The notes under the pieces: generated by a model | What the model was told of the DNA's origin: nothing | What the model saw: the letters and a program-made list of their open reading frames with translations, nothing else | Database searches by the model: none | In this document: positions 23,501 to 36,630 of the stretch, piece after piece | Layout: every line of letters begins with the position of its first letter | Numbering within the stretch: the first letter of the stretch is position 1 | Source of the DNA: Chiloscyllium plagiosum | Taxonomy: Eukaryota | Assembly (NCBI RefSeq): GCF_004010195.1 | Contig: NC_057720.1 | Location: forward strand, 16,200,946 to 16,247,122 | DNA length: 46,177 nucleotides | Direction of reading: 5' to 3' | Made by a program: the position numbers and the translations under genes

Positions 23501-24457
23501 ACCAAGAGGGTTAATTAAATGAGTTTTTACTATCATCAGACAGGACTGTTAAATCTGATATTACTGGCATTGTCAAAAGTAAATGTGGATTTTTATTTTG
23601 AGATTCAGAAAAGCTGTTTGTACCTACAAGTGAGCAGCCTTTCTAAGAAAACACAGGGAAAAAGTCCTTGGAGACTAGTTTCCATTCTTTTTGTCGAGCT
23701 TTTAATGCACTAAGAATCATTTAACAGTGTCTGTACTACTCCAGGCTCAACAGGCACACTTTTTAAATACAGGTCTGATGGTTTTCATGCAAATATTCTG
23801 TCAAGCATTGGTGCACAATGCATGAAATTTATGTTCCCATTCTGCAATCGTATGCCACATTTCTTAAGGAGGTGACCTTATTCCTGTGTTCACAGAGCAA
23901 AATATTCTCATCTTCTACGCTGTTAATGTTCAGTCCTTTTTATTTATTTAAACAATCAACTATTTAGCCCGCATTACAGATGGGTTACACTAGCCAACTT
24001 TAACCAGCCAAATGTTCCAATTACAACAAATTCAACAGTTTAGTTATATGCTCCTCAATGGTATGTCAAAGCAGCCAACATAAATAATTTTAATATGTGC
24101 ATGGTTTGTTGCTGCATGTGATACATTGTAAAGTGTATTTTTAAAGTTAATGCCAAGTAAATGAGATCAAAGGATAATGGTTCGAAATTATTGCCATACA
24201 AGAAAGATGTTGTTTATAACTATGTAAAAATTCTTGGTGCTTTTTTTTCTCTGGCAACAAGTTCAATAAAGTTAAAAAGTGACAGTGACTCTTGTCTTTG
24301 CATTAATCATGATTTTTGTTTTCAAAGGAAATGGCCCTAATTGCATGTTATTGATTACTTCTGCAACTATGTTTGGGAAGGAGAGATCTATTGCTTTTTA
24401 AATGTGTTGCCAAGACAACAATGCCATCAGCAGAAGTTGTGTATCTTTTGTTTACTA

Positions 24458-24680
24458 GGAGATCGGTTAGCTCAGATGGCTGGATGGCTGACTTGCAATA
24501 CTGGATGATGTCAATTGAACAGTCTGTGTTCAATTCTGGTTTCAGTTGAGGTTACCATGAAGGAATCTCCATCCGTACCTGTTCTGTTACCTGAAGTATG
24601 GTGACCCTCATGTTAAACCACTACCAACCATCTCCCTTTCTGACAAGAGAAGAGCCCCATGGCCTGGTGGCTTTAGTTCA
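24458..24680 (+). mobile_element. Decayed tRNA-derived SINE (family not assigned)
   Basis: A-box-like TAGCTCAGATGG 24468-24479 and B-box-like GTTCAATTC 24528-24536, followed by a non-tRNA body. Confidence 0.55.
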
Positions 24681-25199
24681 TATTCACCAATGACCAGAAG
24701 AAGGGACATTTCCAATAAATCCTGTCTATGATGTATATCTGTGATTGTTGACTGAAGTTCATTTTAAAATAATATAAAAACTCTACCTGAACACTCAGAT
24801 ACACATAATTCAGGGTTTCTGCTCATGTTTTTCATTTGTAGTGAAATTTCAATTTCCATAAGCGAAACATTGAAACATACAGTAAGAAGAGACCCTTCAG
24901 CCCATCGAGTCAGTACCACCATTATGCATATGAGATCATACGGGATACCTACTACTCTCTTCCATTGAGAAACACAGCAAACACCATCCTGTTAAAATAT
25001 TTCATTGGGCCTAAAAATAACAGTCATTTTTTTTACAAGTACACTAACTACTTCGAGAAATAAGATCAGTACGATACTCATGCTGCAAATACTTAGCCAA
25101 CAGAAAGGTTGAATTAATTCACAAAAGTTAAAATATCAACTTCAGAATTCATTTCTCATATAGTTTAATAATATCAATGGCATTCTGAGTCTAGCTGCA

Positions 25200-25320
25200 T
25201 CAATTGGAGTGTAGCAGTTCAAGAAGGCAGCTCATGACAACCTTCTCAAGGGCAACAAGGGTCAGACAATAATTGCTGGCCCAGCCGGGGATGCCTACAT
25301 CCTATGAATGAGTTAAAAAA
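25200..25320 (+). mobile_element. 3' end fragment of CR1/L2-group LINE
   Basis: GTTCAAGAAGGCAGCTCA...CCTTCTCAAG...CAATAA..GCTGGCC...CATCC...A-tail. It matches the LINE end at ~33880-34092 and the fragment at ~40750-40860. Confidence 0.7.
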
Positions 25321-26293
25321 CATCTTTCAGAGAATTTGTTGTGTAATTTTCAAAGTGTTGGAAATGCCCAACGATTTCAAGGGCCAAGTGCTTGAAATGG
25401 GATTAGAATAGTTAGATGGTTCTTTCTGACCAGAATAGAATTGGTGGGCTGTAGACTAGCTAACTCTGTACTAGGTGCAATTAACAATGTAGGTAAATAA
25501 AATGGCAAAGTCTATTTTCATTGCAGCTTCTAATTTTCCTCAACCAAGCCCCATCTGTGAAGACCATCAGATCTGATGTCCATGACAGTTATGTGCAAAT
25601 CAAGGCAGGAATTGTGGGCCACCAAATTACTTAATTTCCATGCCTTCCACAAATGATTCCACCAATTGGAAGCCACCAGGTTCATGGATTTACTAACATT
25701 TTGATGATGTATAATTCAAAAAGCACAAAACTGAATGATGAAGATGGCTACATTTCTGCAGACATCTGTCCCATTCGCCATTTTTGTAGTTTAATATGAA
25801 ACTTTGTCACTTGGTTTTTTTTGCTCATTGAATTAACTCTTGTTATTCCACCTAACACACCTATGATTCCAGCTCATTTCACACAGAAAGAAATTTCTAC
25901 TTTTGTCATAGATGTACGACCTTTCAAGTATGTGGAATTAAAATGTTATTATTAATGAGCTAACAAGCTGGACTGTAGAAATAAAGAGCTAAAGGTAAGT
26001 TGTGAATGTTAGGTTATTTGTATGAAGTGTCAATTCACTTCAAATGACCAAAACTGAGACAATTTGGCTTAGTTCATGAAAACCCGCTGCAAAATTCAGT
26101 TGATTTGGACTTTACACGTGACCTTAAAGTGGTAGGCTGCATGCAGAGAGGGGCTTTTCTTTCTAGCACTGAGACCTGAATCTTCCTATTTATTGTTGTT
26201 GTTATTATCATTTACTGTCTTTGTTGGAGATTTTCATGCATGGTTTCCCATCATGGCTGATGGAATCCTCTGCTGCTCACCTCATTAATTAAT

Positions 26294-26545
26294 GGCCAGC
26301 ATGGTGGCTCAGTGGTTAACACTGCTGTCTCACGTTGCTGGGCACCTGGGTTCAATCCCAGCCTCAGTGGAGTTTGCACGTTCTCCCCGTGTTTGTGTGT
26401 GTTTCCTCCCACAGTCCAAAGATGTGCAGGTGAGGTAGATTATCCATAGGGTTACAGGGTGGGGTGGGTGTGGGTGGAATGCTCTTTAAATAGTCAGTGT
26501 GGATTCAATGGACTGAATGGAGTGTAGGGATTCAATGAATTATGC
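26294..26545 (+). mobile_element. HE1-like (V-SINE) copy, internally deleted
   Basis: TGGCTCAGTGG A box, GGTTCAATCCC B box and GGAGTTTGCACGTTCTCCCCGTG V-domain, homologous to 27898-28219. Confidence 0.8.
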
Positions 26546-26716
26546 ATCCTGGTTCTATGATGCCTGCCTTGTGGAATCATACAGTAACAGAGGCGTAAGT
26601 CCTCGGGATTTTGTGCCACAAACACCATATAACACTACAGCTGCATATTGCTTTAAATGCTGTGAACCAGGAATTGCTCTTTGTACTCCACTGCTCAACA
26701 TGTCTTTGGAAAGAAC

Positions 26717-27640
26717 ATGCCACAGAAAGGCCAACTGGTATCCTGCTTCCTCAAAATGGACCTGGAGTTGCTGGCAGTTAGGACAGTGAAGAAGAGGGAT
26801 ACCTGCTTTCTTGGGACTGGCAGAGGAGGCCACAGCAGCAGGCACACTCAGCCTGAAGCAGGTAGTGAGGTCGACCAGTGCAACTTCACATTTTAAAGGA
26901 AATGACGAGTAGTGCCAGAAGAAAGTTAATGATCTTCTATGCTCCACAAAGGTAAATGTCAATATTGTCTCTCTGTGCTTCCTAACACATACCCTAACAC
27001 TAACATCACCAAGGTTAATGTTTCACAACTCTCACCACTGCATGCAGCATCTCTACTCAACAGCTTTTTTAACCTTCTAAACTGATAATGCTCCTGCCCT
27101 CTGTGCTTCCTCTCACATGGGTCGCCACTCCTGCTCCTGCATCACCAGCAACAGATCCTCGATCCACTTTTATCTCATTCAGTCCTTACCTTTGTATCAC
27201 TGCAGTAGAAAATGTTTCATAACCATGGAAAGAAGGGCAAGATCAGCTCCTCACATTTATCTCCTCACCCCCAATAATGAGATGATATTTGGAATGGATA
27301 GAGAAGATCTCGATTGCTCATGTGGGAATGCCAAAACCTCCTTGTGGAATTAGCTTCATACTGCTGTGCTGCTTTGCTCTCCCATTACCACCACTATTAA
27401 CTCGTTCTTAAGATAAGTAAGCTTCCAACCCTACTGCCCAACAAATGGCCTGTCTCTTCTTCTGAAGGCACCAGTGGTGACCACACAGCCACCATCTTGA
27501 AGAGGCCAGTCCTTCAGCTCCTCCTCCCCAACTGAGGATGAAGTCACAGATCCTGCAGAAGATGCATTAACTAGGCTGCCTCCTGCACCCTCTATTAGCT
27601 CATCAGTGCCACATCTCCTCGGCTGGTCAAAGAGACCGTT
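26717..27640 (+). mobile_element. Decayed Myb/SANT-like gene of a PIF/Harbinger DNA transposon
   Basis: Broken frames give ..DLELL..V..R..F..DWQRRPQQQ.. and CQKKVNDLLCSTK|gt (donor 26952), then cag|*KMFHN (acceptor 27205). This is the layout of the trihelix Myb/SANT ORF of Harbingers, with stops and frameshifts. Confidence 0.5.
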
Positions 27641-27897
27641 GGCATTTGAAAGATTGTCTGAGAATAGATATCTGCTCAGACCTGTGCAGGAAATTATCCC
27701 ACGGTGTCAGTCATTAGCGACTTTGTACTAATGCACAAATGGGAACAGCAGGCACGTTTGTCAGAGACACTCGGTAAACTGGATTGTAGGTTACAGGAAT
27801 CCACCAACGTTAGCTAACTCCGTCAAGTGTACATCTCACTATCTCCATTGACAGGTTGGTAACCATGGAAAGCTAGGTCCAGCAAAATGCCCTGTAA

Positions 27898-28219
27898 GGG
27901 GCGGCATGGTGGCTCAGTGGTTAGCACTGCTGCCTCAACAGTGCCAGGGACCTGGGTTCGATTCCAGCCTTGGGTGACTGCCTGTGTGGAGTTGGCACAT
28001 TCTCTCTCTGTGTCTGCCTGGGTTCCGCTCCGGTTTCCTCCCACAGTCACAAAGATATGCAAGTTAGGTGAATTGGTCATGCTAAATTGCCCATTGTGTT
28101 CAGGGATGTATAGGTTAGGTGCATTAGTCAGGAGGAATAGGTCTGTTACTCTTCAGAGGGTCGGTGCGGATTTGTTGGCTGAAGGGCCTGTTTCCACACT
28201 GAAGGGATTCTAATTCTAA
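27898..28219 (+). mobile_element. HE1-like tRNA-derived V-SINE, near full length
   Basis: A box TGGCTCAGTGG 27910-27920, B box GGTTCGATTCC 27955-27965, V-domain (CTCCGGTTTCCTCCCACAGTC) and a CR1-derived tail GGCTGAAGGGCCTGTTTCCACACTG. Confidence 0.9.
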
Positions 28220-29559
28220 ACTCCTGAAAGCCCAGACCATCCTGCACTCCATCACATTCGCCTTTACTGCTTAGCATCAGCGGCAAAGTGAGAGAAGAAC
28301 AAGGGACCTTGTCCGTAAACATTTTCACAGTCATTAATCTTACTCCAATTCAGCAGTGCATGCTGCAAAAATGCTGGAGCACCAGCAAATCTGGATGCAG
28401 ACCATTAGTGCTAACTTTGGAGGACTTTTTACGTCTCATTATGTCAATAAGAGTAGGCATATACACTTGAGCATAGATTCCACGCTTGCCAATCAAGCAT
28501 TGCATAAGCATTCAGTTTGCCTATAGATCCAGCAATATTTCAATATATTGCTGTCTACTGCCCATTTTCCATAGCATTTGAGGATGAGCTGCTGAGCCTT
28601 TGAATGTTGCACGAGGAGGCGCCATGCATCTACTCTCTGGGTCAAGCACGCCAAACTGTGGAAGCAAACTTACCTACTGATCAATGTGATCACTTCCTTC
28701 ATAATCAACTTTAAAGGAACCTCTAAAAAAAGACAAAAATTCTTGGAAGAATCCTTTTTCTTTTGTCTCTCTTGCAGGGCTGAAGATGTTGTCTGAAAGA
28801 TACTGCTCAGGAGTAAATCTCAAACATGTATGGATTTTTTTGCCCTGTTTACTTCCAAGGCACTAAATTCTGAATAACAACACTTTTGTTTCACCTATAA
28901 ATATGTTGTTTTCTTCAGCTGCTGCACACCATAGTGATTTAAGGTGACCTTGTACCCCTTTTGTGCTGTTGTCTTTCCCATTAATCATCCATTAATAGCC
29001 TATAGTCACACAACAAAAGCTTCAAAATGTGTTAATAATCTATTCATGAAATGTAAGAAGAAACTGATATGCCATCTTACTTAATACCATATTGCTTTAT
29101 CGTTAGGGCTAAAGGGTTTCTTAATGTGACTTCTAACTGTCACACTTAATTTGTCTATTTAAAAGAGAGCAGTGCTTTTGTTTGTTGATTAACAATACAC
29201 TATGTCTGTTTCAAACTGCAAGCATTGAATAAAACATCCTTCTTTCAAAGTAAGTACTTATTAGTTGCCTTTCATATTAGCAAGGTACTATCCCTGTACA
29301 ATTTAATAAAATACATTTGGGAAGGAGAAATTAGCAGGGCTCCAGTGGAATGGGGCTAACTGGCTAGCTCTTTGAAAAATACAGTGGGCCAAATGGTCTC
29401 CGTATAAATTGTATCATTCTATAATCCTATAACATAATAATTAAAATATGTCTAATGCTTATAGGGGACAATATTTCAAATTTTACAGAATTATCAACCT
29501 AATGGCCTGTTACGAAATTAATACAAAATAAACCCAATATTGGTTGAGAATTTCATTTC

Positions 29560-29766
29560 AACATGGAATAGCTGAGCTGAGTAGCATAGATTCATTTGCA
29601 GAAAAATGAGATAAACACAAGGAAAAACAATAGATGGGTTAACTGAAGATTCAGCTTGGGGAATGAATAATGAAGAGAGGTGGAACAAGGTGTAAATGTT
29701 GATGTGGACCAGATGGCTTCAAATGGCCAGTCTTGGTGCTATAACTTCTTTGTATTTCCCTGTAAT
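29560..29766 (+). mobile_element. Old CR1 3' fragment
   Basis: Degenerate GACCAGATGG..AATGGCC..GTGCT tail. Confidence 0.45.
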
Positions 29767-31995
29767 CTTAAGGAGTTGATTATTTATTGGATATACTTAA
29801 GTTCTGATTCCTCTGCACGGTAGCAAATAAAACAACCTACTTCTGATACATATGCATTCATATCGAATATAACATCGAGATATTCTAATAGAATAGCTTA
29901 CCCAAGGTCGACACATGAAACTCACAAAGTATAATCTTCATTAGTAATAAAAATAAACACAAAAATCCAATATCATCTCAGATTCTTCAAATAATTGAAA
30001 TAATACTGTGATTTGGACATTTATTAAAAGTAATTTCATCTCATCAAACAAGAAATTATTTTTCTGAATACAGTTACTGTTTTGAAAAGTGGGAGTAAAG
30101 GTATTTTACTGCAATAAATCTGTAGTAAGGCCTTAGAGATAACTCCATTTAACAAGGACTGTGAGCAGTCCTCTTATGTCCATCAGCTCAGTAAGGCTGC
30201 CACAGAAGTGCACTTCTACGTGAAAAGAAGAACATGTTAGGTGGACTCAAGGGAAACAACATCGAGCACAGAAATTTCTCTGTGTTACGTCCAACTTGTA
30301 CATTGAATCAAAATTCCCATGACAGCTAAGACAGGTCAAGGGTTGTTGTCATTGGGTACAAAAGGACTGAAAATGCCTCATTAGTCTGGAGTCTAATGGA
30401 GTACAAGTGCAATAGACTTCACATAACCAAATACAAACCATCATGAAGTGTACAGAAATCCAAATCATTTTATGTCAAGAACTCAGTCCAAGCATCCAGT
30501 TTTGTTAAGTCTTTCAATTTAATAAAAGTGTTTAATAAATGTAACTTGTCGAAAGCAAACTGCCTCGTTCCTGATTTTAGAAATAATCTTAATTGTAATC
30601 AATATTGTGCTTATGTCTACTGCATGGGGTTTGTAATTATAACTTAAGGTCTTCTCATAAATTACAATCCAATTTCATTCTTATACTCTATAGCCTGCTT
30701 TATGTGATAGAAGCTAAATAAATTTGGATCACAATGGTTCCGAATTATCATGATTTGTTCAGTTACCTCCTCCACTTGTAAATCAGTGATTAAAGGAAAT
30801 TTCCAGATTGACTACTGTTGTATTTCAGATCAGTTCATGAACAGAGTGTTAGATATCAATTATTAATTTAATGGAAGTAGTTGCACAGTACTGTGGCGCT
30901 GTTCTTTCAGATGCTATTTATTGACTTAATTTTGAAATATCTATTTACGTGGGTCGTAGTCCAAATGAAACCAGATTACTTATGATTGGATCTAAATCTA
31001 TTCTTAGGTATGCAGTTTTCTCCAAATTTGACCCGAATGAAAGAAATGTCAATTTCCACATGATGGTTTTGAAACGAATATATGTATCTAAAAATCTGTG
31101 GAACTGCATGTCTGAGAGAGAGATGCATGCGAGAGAAATATATTTTCTCCTTTTAACAACTCACTGAAAAATGGAACATTTTGCAATTTTTGCACTCAGT
31201 GTTGACATTAAGCGCTCCCAGGTCAGGTTGAGCGTGGGTTAAGTACAAGGTGCCTTAACCCCAACCTCAGAAGACTACTTACTTCTCTTGCACCAGTATA
31301 TTTTCATTTGATCAGCCTTCCCCAAAGCCTGGTGTAGAGGTGTAAAGAAAACCACAAATGAAGGAAGGGCCCTCTGAGCTTGAGCAGTTAGTGTCAAATA
31401 CATGGTCGCATTTTGTTTTGCTATTTAGTTTTTCATCTGGTGAGACCTTAATTGAAGCTGAGATTAAATTCATTTTAGAGAATGATGAAAAGTCACAGAG
31501 CTAAAAAGTTGTCAGAGCTCAATATGGGCTGGATGTGAGTACTGAATTCAGCAATAAAGGATATACTTTAATCTGGTGTATTTCCAAAACTCAGTATCAG
31601 GTTTTATTACGTCAGAAGAGAAAAAGCCAACCACAGTTCTGAAATATATACTACCAGCTTACCCAATAATACTGAACTACAATCATTGATGGCTCTGTCC
31701 AAAAATCCTCCCAATTTTCTATATTTAATTCACCATCGTCAGAAATGCTGAACAGATAATCCAGTTTGGCCTCCTCCAACCTCTCTCAACATCATAGATG
31801 CCATTTTTAAGCTAACTTGATTCACTGTACGTAATACTAAGAAACAGCTAAACACACTGGATACCTCAAAAGCAATGAGCGCTGATATTTAAGATAGTGG
31901 AGAAAGATGGGCGTGTGCAATTCAGAACAAAAGCACATCAGTAATGATCCTATTGAATGGCAGAGCACCTTGAAGAGCGAAACGTCTTACTACAC

Positions 31996-32354
31996 TTTTA
32001 TTCATTCACGGGATGTGGGCAACACTGACTATGCCAGCATTTATTGCCCATCCCTGATTGTCCAATGGGCAATTGAAAGTCAAACATACATTGCTATAGA
32101 TCTCGAGACACAGGAAGGTCAGACAATAGGTAAGGACAGCAATTTCTTTCCCTAAAGGACATTTGTGAACCAGATGTGTTTTTTCTAACAATAGACAATA
32201 GTTTCATGGCGATCATTAAACTCTTAATTCCAGATATTTATTGAATTCAAATTCCACCATCTGCCATGGTGGGATTCGAACCCAGATGCCAAGAATATTA
32301 TCGGGGTTGCTGGATTAATAATCTAATGATAATATCACGAGTCCATCACCTCCC
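31996..32354 (-). mobile_element. tRNA-derived SINE with LINE-shared 3' tail (body recalls SlmI-type SINEs)
   Basis: B box GGGTTCGAATCCC (32283-32271), body CATCTGGTTCAC.AATGTCCTTTAGGGAA and tail GGGATGGGCAATAAATGCTGG...CCCACATCCC.TGAATGAATAAAAA. The family name is from memory only. Confidence 0.75.
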
Positions 32355-33511
32355 GCTTCTGCTCCTAATTCGTATGCTCATAATATTTTGGCAATAGTAC
32401 TGAAGGTGTATGCTCCAGCATCTGCAGTGTCCCCAGCCAAGCTGTTCCAATACTGGCATCTACTTGATAATGTGGCAAATTGTCCAGGTATGTCTCCTAC
32501 ACAAAAAGCAGGATAAATCTAACCAAGCCAATTACTCCCAATTCTCAGTAAAGTTATACAAGGTGTCATCAACAGTGCTCTGAAACAGCACTTGTTCAGC
32601 AATAACCTGCACATTGATGTCCAGATTGGGTTCCGCCTGGACCATTTGGCTGGGGACCACATTACGGTCTTGGTTCAAGCATGGACAATAGAGCTGAATT
32701 CCAGAGATGAGCACTTGACATCAAGACTGCATTTGATAGTGTGACATCAAGGAGCCGTAGCAAAAGTGGAGTTAATTAATATCAGGGGATAAACTCTCCA
32801 ATGGCTAGAGTTATGACTAATGCAAAGGAAGGTTATGGTTTTTGGAGGTCATTCATCTCAGCTCCAGGACAACTGTGTCGGAGTTCCTCAGGGTAGTGTC
32901 CTACTAGCTATCTTCAGTCATCAATGACCTTCCCTCCATCATAAGGTCAAAAGTGGAGAATCTCCCTGATGATTGGACAATGTTTAGCACCACTTGCAAT
33001 CCTGAGACACTAAAGCAGTCCATGTCCAAGTGAAGCAGACTTAAACAATATCCAAACTTAGACTGATAAGTAGCAAGTAACATTCATACCACATAAAAGC
33101 CAGTCAATGACCATCTCTAACAATAGGGAATCCAATCACCATCCCTTGATGTTCAATGGCATTACTTTGCAGAATCCCTCTGAAAACATCTGGGGGTTAC
33201 CATTGACCATAATCTCAACTGGAGTAGCCATACAAATACTGAGGATATAGGAACAGATCAGAGAGATCTGGCAAATAACCCGCCTCCTGACAGCATGTCC
33301 ACCATTACAAGATAAACATGACGGGAATGTAATGGAATAGTTCCATGTGCCTGGATGAATGCAGCTCCAACAATACCCAAAAAGCTCAGAATAAGGTTGT
33401 CCTTTTGACTGGAGCATTCACTCCTCCATCACCAATGTTCAGTAGCAATAGAGTGCACCAACTACAAGAGGCACTGCAGAAATTCACCAAGGCTTCTGAG
33501 ACATCACCTTC

Positions 33512-33674
33512 AGAGTTAATCAACGTTTTGGGCATAAGCCCTTCATCAGGAATGATTCAGGCTTATGCCTGAAACATTGTTTCTCCTGCTCCTCGAATGC
33601 TGCCTGAGCGGCTGTGCTTTTCCAGCACCACAGTCTTGACTCTGATCTCCAGCATCTGCAATCCTCACTTTTTC
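33512..33674. mobile_element. PLE terminal-repeat insertion: inverted hammerhead (-) joined to a truncated + copy
   Basis: - strand CTGATGA at 33549-33543 (GAAA mutated to AAAA) and a + copy from ~33560. Flanked by a 16-bp TSD CTGAGACATCA(C/T)CTTC at 33496-33511 and 33675-33690. Confidence 0.8.
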
Positions 33675-34214
33675 CTGAGACATCATCTTCCAAACCTACG
33701 AGTAATACCACCTGGAAGAACAAAGGCAGCTGATACCTAGAAATACCACATCCCATATGTTTCCTCCAAAACTCTCACTATCCTGACTTGGTAATATATT
33801 GCCGTTCTTCACTCACACTGGATCAAATTCCTGGAAGTCTCTACCAACAGCATTGTGGGTTTCCCTATCACAAATGGACTGTATTGGTTCAAGAAGGCTG
33901 CTCACCGTCACCTTCTGGGGAAGAGATAGAGTTTCAGCCACGATCATGTTGAACAGTGAGGCAGGCTCGATGGGATGAATGGCCCACTCCTGCTTCTATT
34001 TTTAATGTTTCTATACTCCTCAAGTGTATTTAGGGATGAACAATAAATAGTCGCTCAGCCAGTGAAACTCACATGCCCAAATAGATCAAAAATGAATTAT
34101 CACTGAAATGCAGTAGCTATCTGCTAAAAAGGGAAAAACAGGAAAGGTAATTGTTGAGACGGGCTGAGACTGGTTTAAAAAAAGAAGGGGTTCTTCCTAA
34201 CCTGATCACAAGAA

Positions 34215-34410
34215 TCTGCTCTCACAGGTGGATATAACCAAGAATACAAAAATCTTCCATGATGTCATGGTCCATATTTATTCACTAAATCTAAACAATA
34301 ACTACATTACGACAGTGACTACCTTTTAAAAGTATTTCAATGGATATAAGGAGCTTTGGCACATCCTGAGGTCATGAAAAGCAGAACATAAATGTAAGTC
34401 TTTTTTCTTT
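34215..34410 (+). mobile_element. Decayed DeuSINE-type (SacSINE1/AmnSINE1-like) fragment
   Basis: CTGCTCTCACAGGTGGAT resembles the Deu domain, and the tail TACATTACGACAGTGACTAC...GCTTTGG..ATCCTGAGGTCATGAAA...TAAATGTAAGTCTTT is of that type. Confidence 0.6.
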
Positions 34411-35720
34411 AACTGAGAACTAGATTTTGTCACGTGTGAGACCTGACTGCTGGCAGAATACATGGCCTGCTGAGGTTTGTTCTATTGATCTCTGTATGAT
34501 CTTCAATTCAGCAAATTATCCTTTTCTGTCTTTCAAATAAAGAATATTCCTGTCAGTCTAGGGAGGGAGCAACCCTTGGTGCAGCGTTGATGTTAGGTAT
34601 AAAATAAATCTTTAATAATTGTCTCACTGAACACTGTGTGAATGGTATTGTTGGACTGAACCCCCCTTTACTGAAACATAACTCTGTCTCTCAGTTCAAG
34701 AGAATGTCTGCAAATAGGTTATCAGCTCATAGTAAAAATAAGGTTGCTTTGTCTTTTCTTCACGGGCGTTAAATCCAAATAGAGGAAAATAAGGCAATGT
34801 TGATAACTCCCTGTAATCTCCCCCACCTATATAGATGGTGATTTACTATCATCAGCACCGGGAGAACACGTGTACATCCTGTGTAAGATCAGACAGCAAA
34901 CAAACTGTCCATGTGAAACTTGAAGCCTTGGGGTTCAGTACACTTCCAGGCGGTAAATCAAGCAATGCTCCCATGGGTCATGTATGTACCCAGCATTAAC
35001 ATTTATATGGCATGCATTGGGTTATTGTTACTCGGTAATTGAAAGCCATTTTAAAACAAAATATTTTTGAACATACAACTTTGAAAAGCTTACCAAGCAT
35101 CGTTTATATATTGGAGCCACTTACCCACCTTCAATATTTACATCAGCCTGCTGATCAGAGATCTCAAAGCATTATAATGTAGTTACATGCTGAAATTACA
35201 TTGGATGTCTAAGTATTACAGAAATGTATGAGTTCATTCTGTGGGCTTGTAAGATGATTACATTCTATGTTTTAAAATATTGACAGTATATCAGTGATCT
35301 TACTCTGCATGATCATAAACCAGTGTTAAATTGACTAGCTATTGCAGTGTTTAGTATAATTCCAGACAGATTATATATAAACTCAAAGATGGGGTTTTGA
35401 TACGGACAAAATAACGTTGCATTTGATCAGTACTGTGAAGACTTTCTCAAGGTCAGTAGTCCAAGATATGGAGAACATAATAGAAAGGCACTAATAAAAG
35501 CAAGTTATTAACATACATTATGTTTGAGAAAATGCTACATATTTAAATTTATAATATTGTCACAACTAGAACTACTTTATTGTCTGACTATTGTTATGAA
35601 TCTGCCTATATTAAGACACTTAATGATTCTGTTCATCAGAATTCAGTGCAACATAATTGGCATGGTTTTCCACACAGCAACTTACAGTAAAATTTGATAT
35701 CTTGTTTTAAATATTTTGTG

Positions 35721-36227
35721 TAAGACCATAAGAGATAAGAGCCATTCAGCCCATTGGGTCTGTTCAACTATTTAATGTGATTATCTCATTGTGGCCTCAG
35801 CTCCACTTTCCTGCCGGTGTCCCCCATAAACCTGGACTGCTCTACCAATCGAAAATCTGTCCAACACAGCTGTTAATCTACTCCATAATCCTGCTCCATT
35901 GCTCTCTGGGGAAGGGAATTTCAATGATTAACAATCTTCTGAGACAAAAAATTCCTCCTTATCTCCATCTTAAATGACAGACCCATTATTTCTAAACTGT
36001 GCACCATCACCACCCCCACCTACACCTCCATGTCCAGCTAACCTCACAGGAGGAAATTTTCTTTCACTGTTCACCTTGTCAATCTCTGTCAGAATCTTAT
36101 ATATTTCAATAAGATCGCTGTTCTAATTGTCAGTACTATTCCAGACTGCAATGAGTGCAGGCTCAACCTCTCAACCTTTCCTCACAGTGCAAGCCCATTG
36201 TTCCAGAAATTAGCCTGGCGAACCTCA
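35721..36227 (-). mobile_element. CR1 LINE 3' fragment
   Basis: Reverse CR1 tail (TAAGACCATAAGA..GCCATTCAGCCC) and ORF2 C-terminal relic. Confidence 0.7.
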
Positions 36228-36630
36228 GATATGGGGCAGCTTCTGTCTGCTGCAGTTGAAGCTGAGACATCAGCCATCAGACGTCACATCACCCATCCAA
36301 GTGCCAACATGGAGTTGGCCACTAATTCCATTCTGGAATGAATGAGCTCCAAGCTCCGCACGATACTCCGTGCAAAGTTGAAAGGCAGCTGTCTTCCTGC
36401 TCCTTGACAGTGACAACAGGCTCTGTGGCAGGCTTGCCAAATGTACCAAGCATTGCCTGAATGCATGCCCATCAGCCTTTTTGTGTCTGCCACTCTGCTG
36501 CTGCTCCCCTCTTAACCTACAAAAGAGACAGAGGAGTGTCAGTGAGTTTGTTATATAGATTTATGACAGTGTGTCTATCATAGAAATGTCCTGCACAAAC
36601 AGGTCATTTGGCCCATTCTAATGCACCTAT

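Larger units (their letters stand above)
31740..34092 (+). mobile_element. Decayed CR1/L2-group LINE (ORF2 RT region to 3' end) with nested insertions
   Basis: Relic motifs LDT.KAM, W.I.QV..HKKQDKSN.ANY and GVPQGSVL..INDLPSIIRS (~32880-32950). The 3' tail is at 34030-34092. It is interrupted at ~31890-32380, 33512-33674 and ~33917-34015. Confidence 0.8.

Noticed and set aside
27898..27975. tRNA gene (also 24458, 26294, 32270-32354, 36760-36826)
   Set aside because: A/B boxes continue into SINE bodies and LINE-type tails, with no complete cloverleaf.
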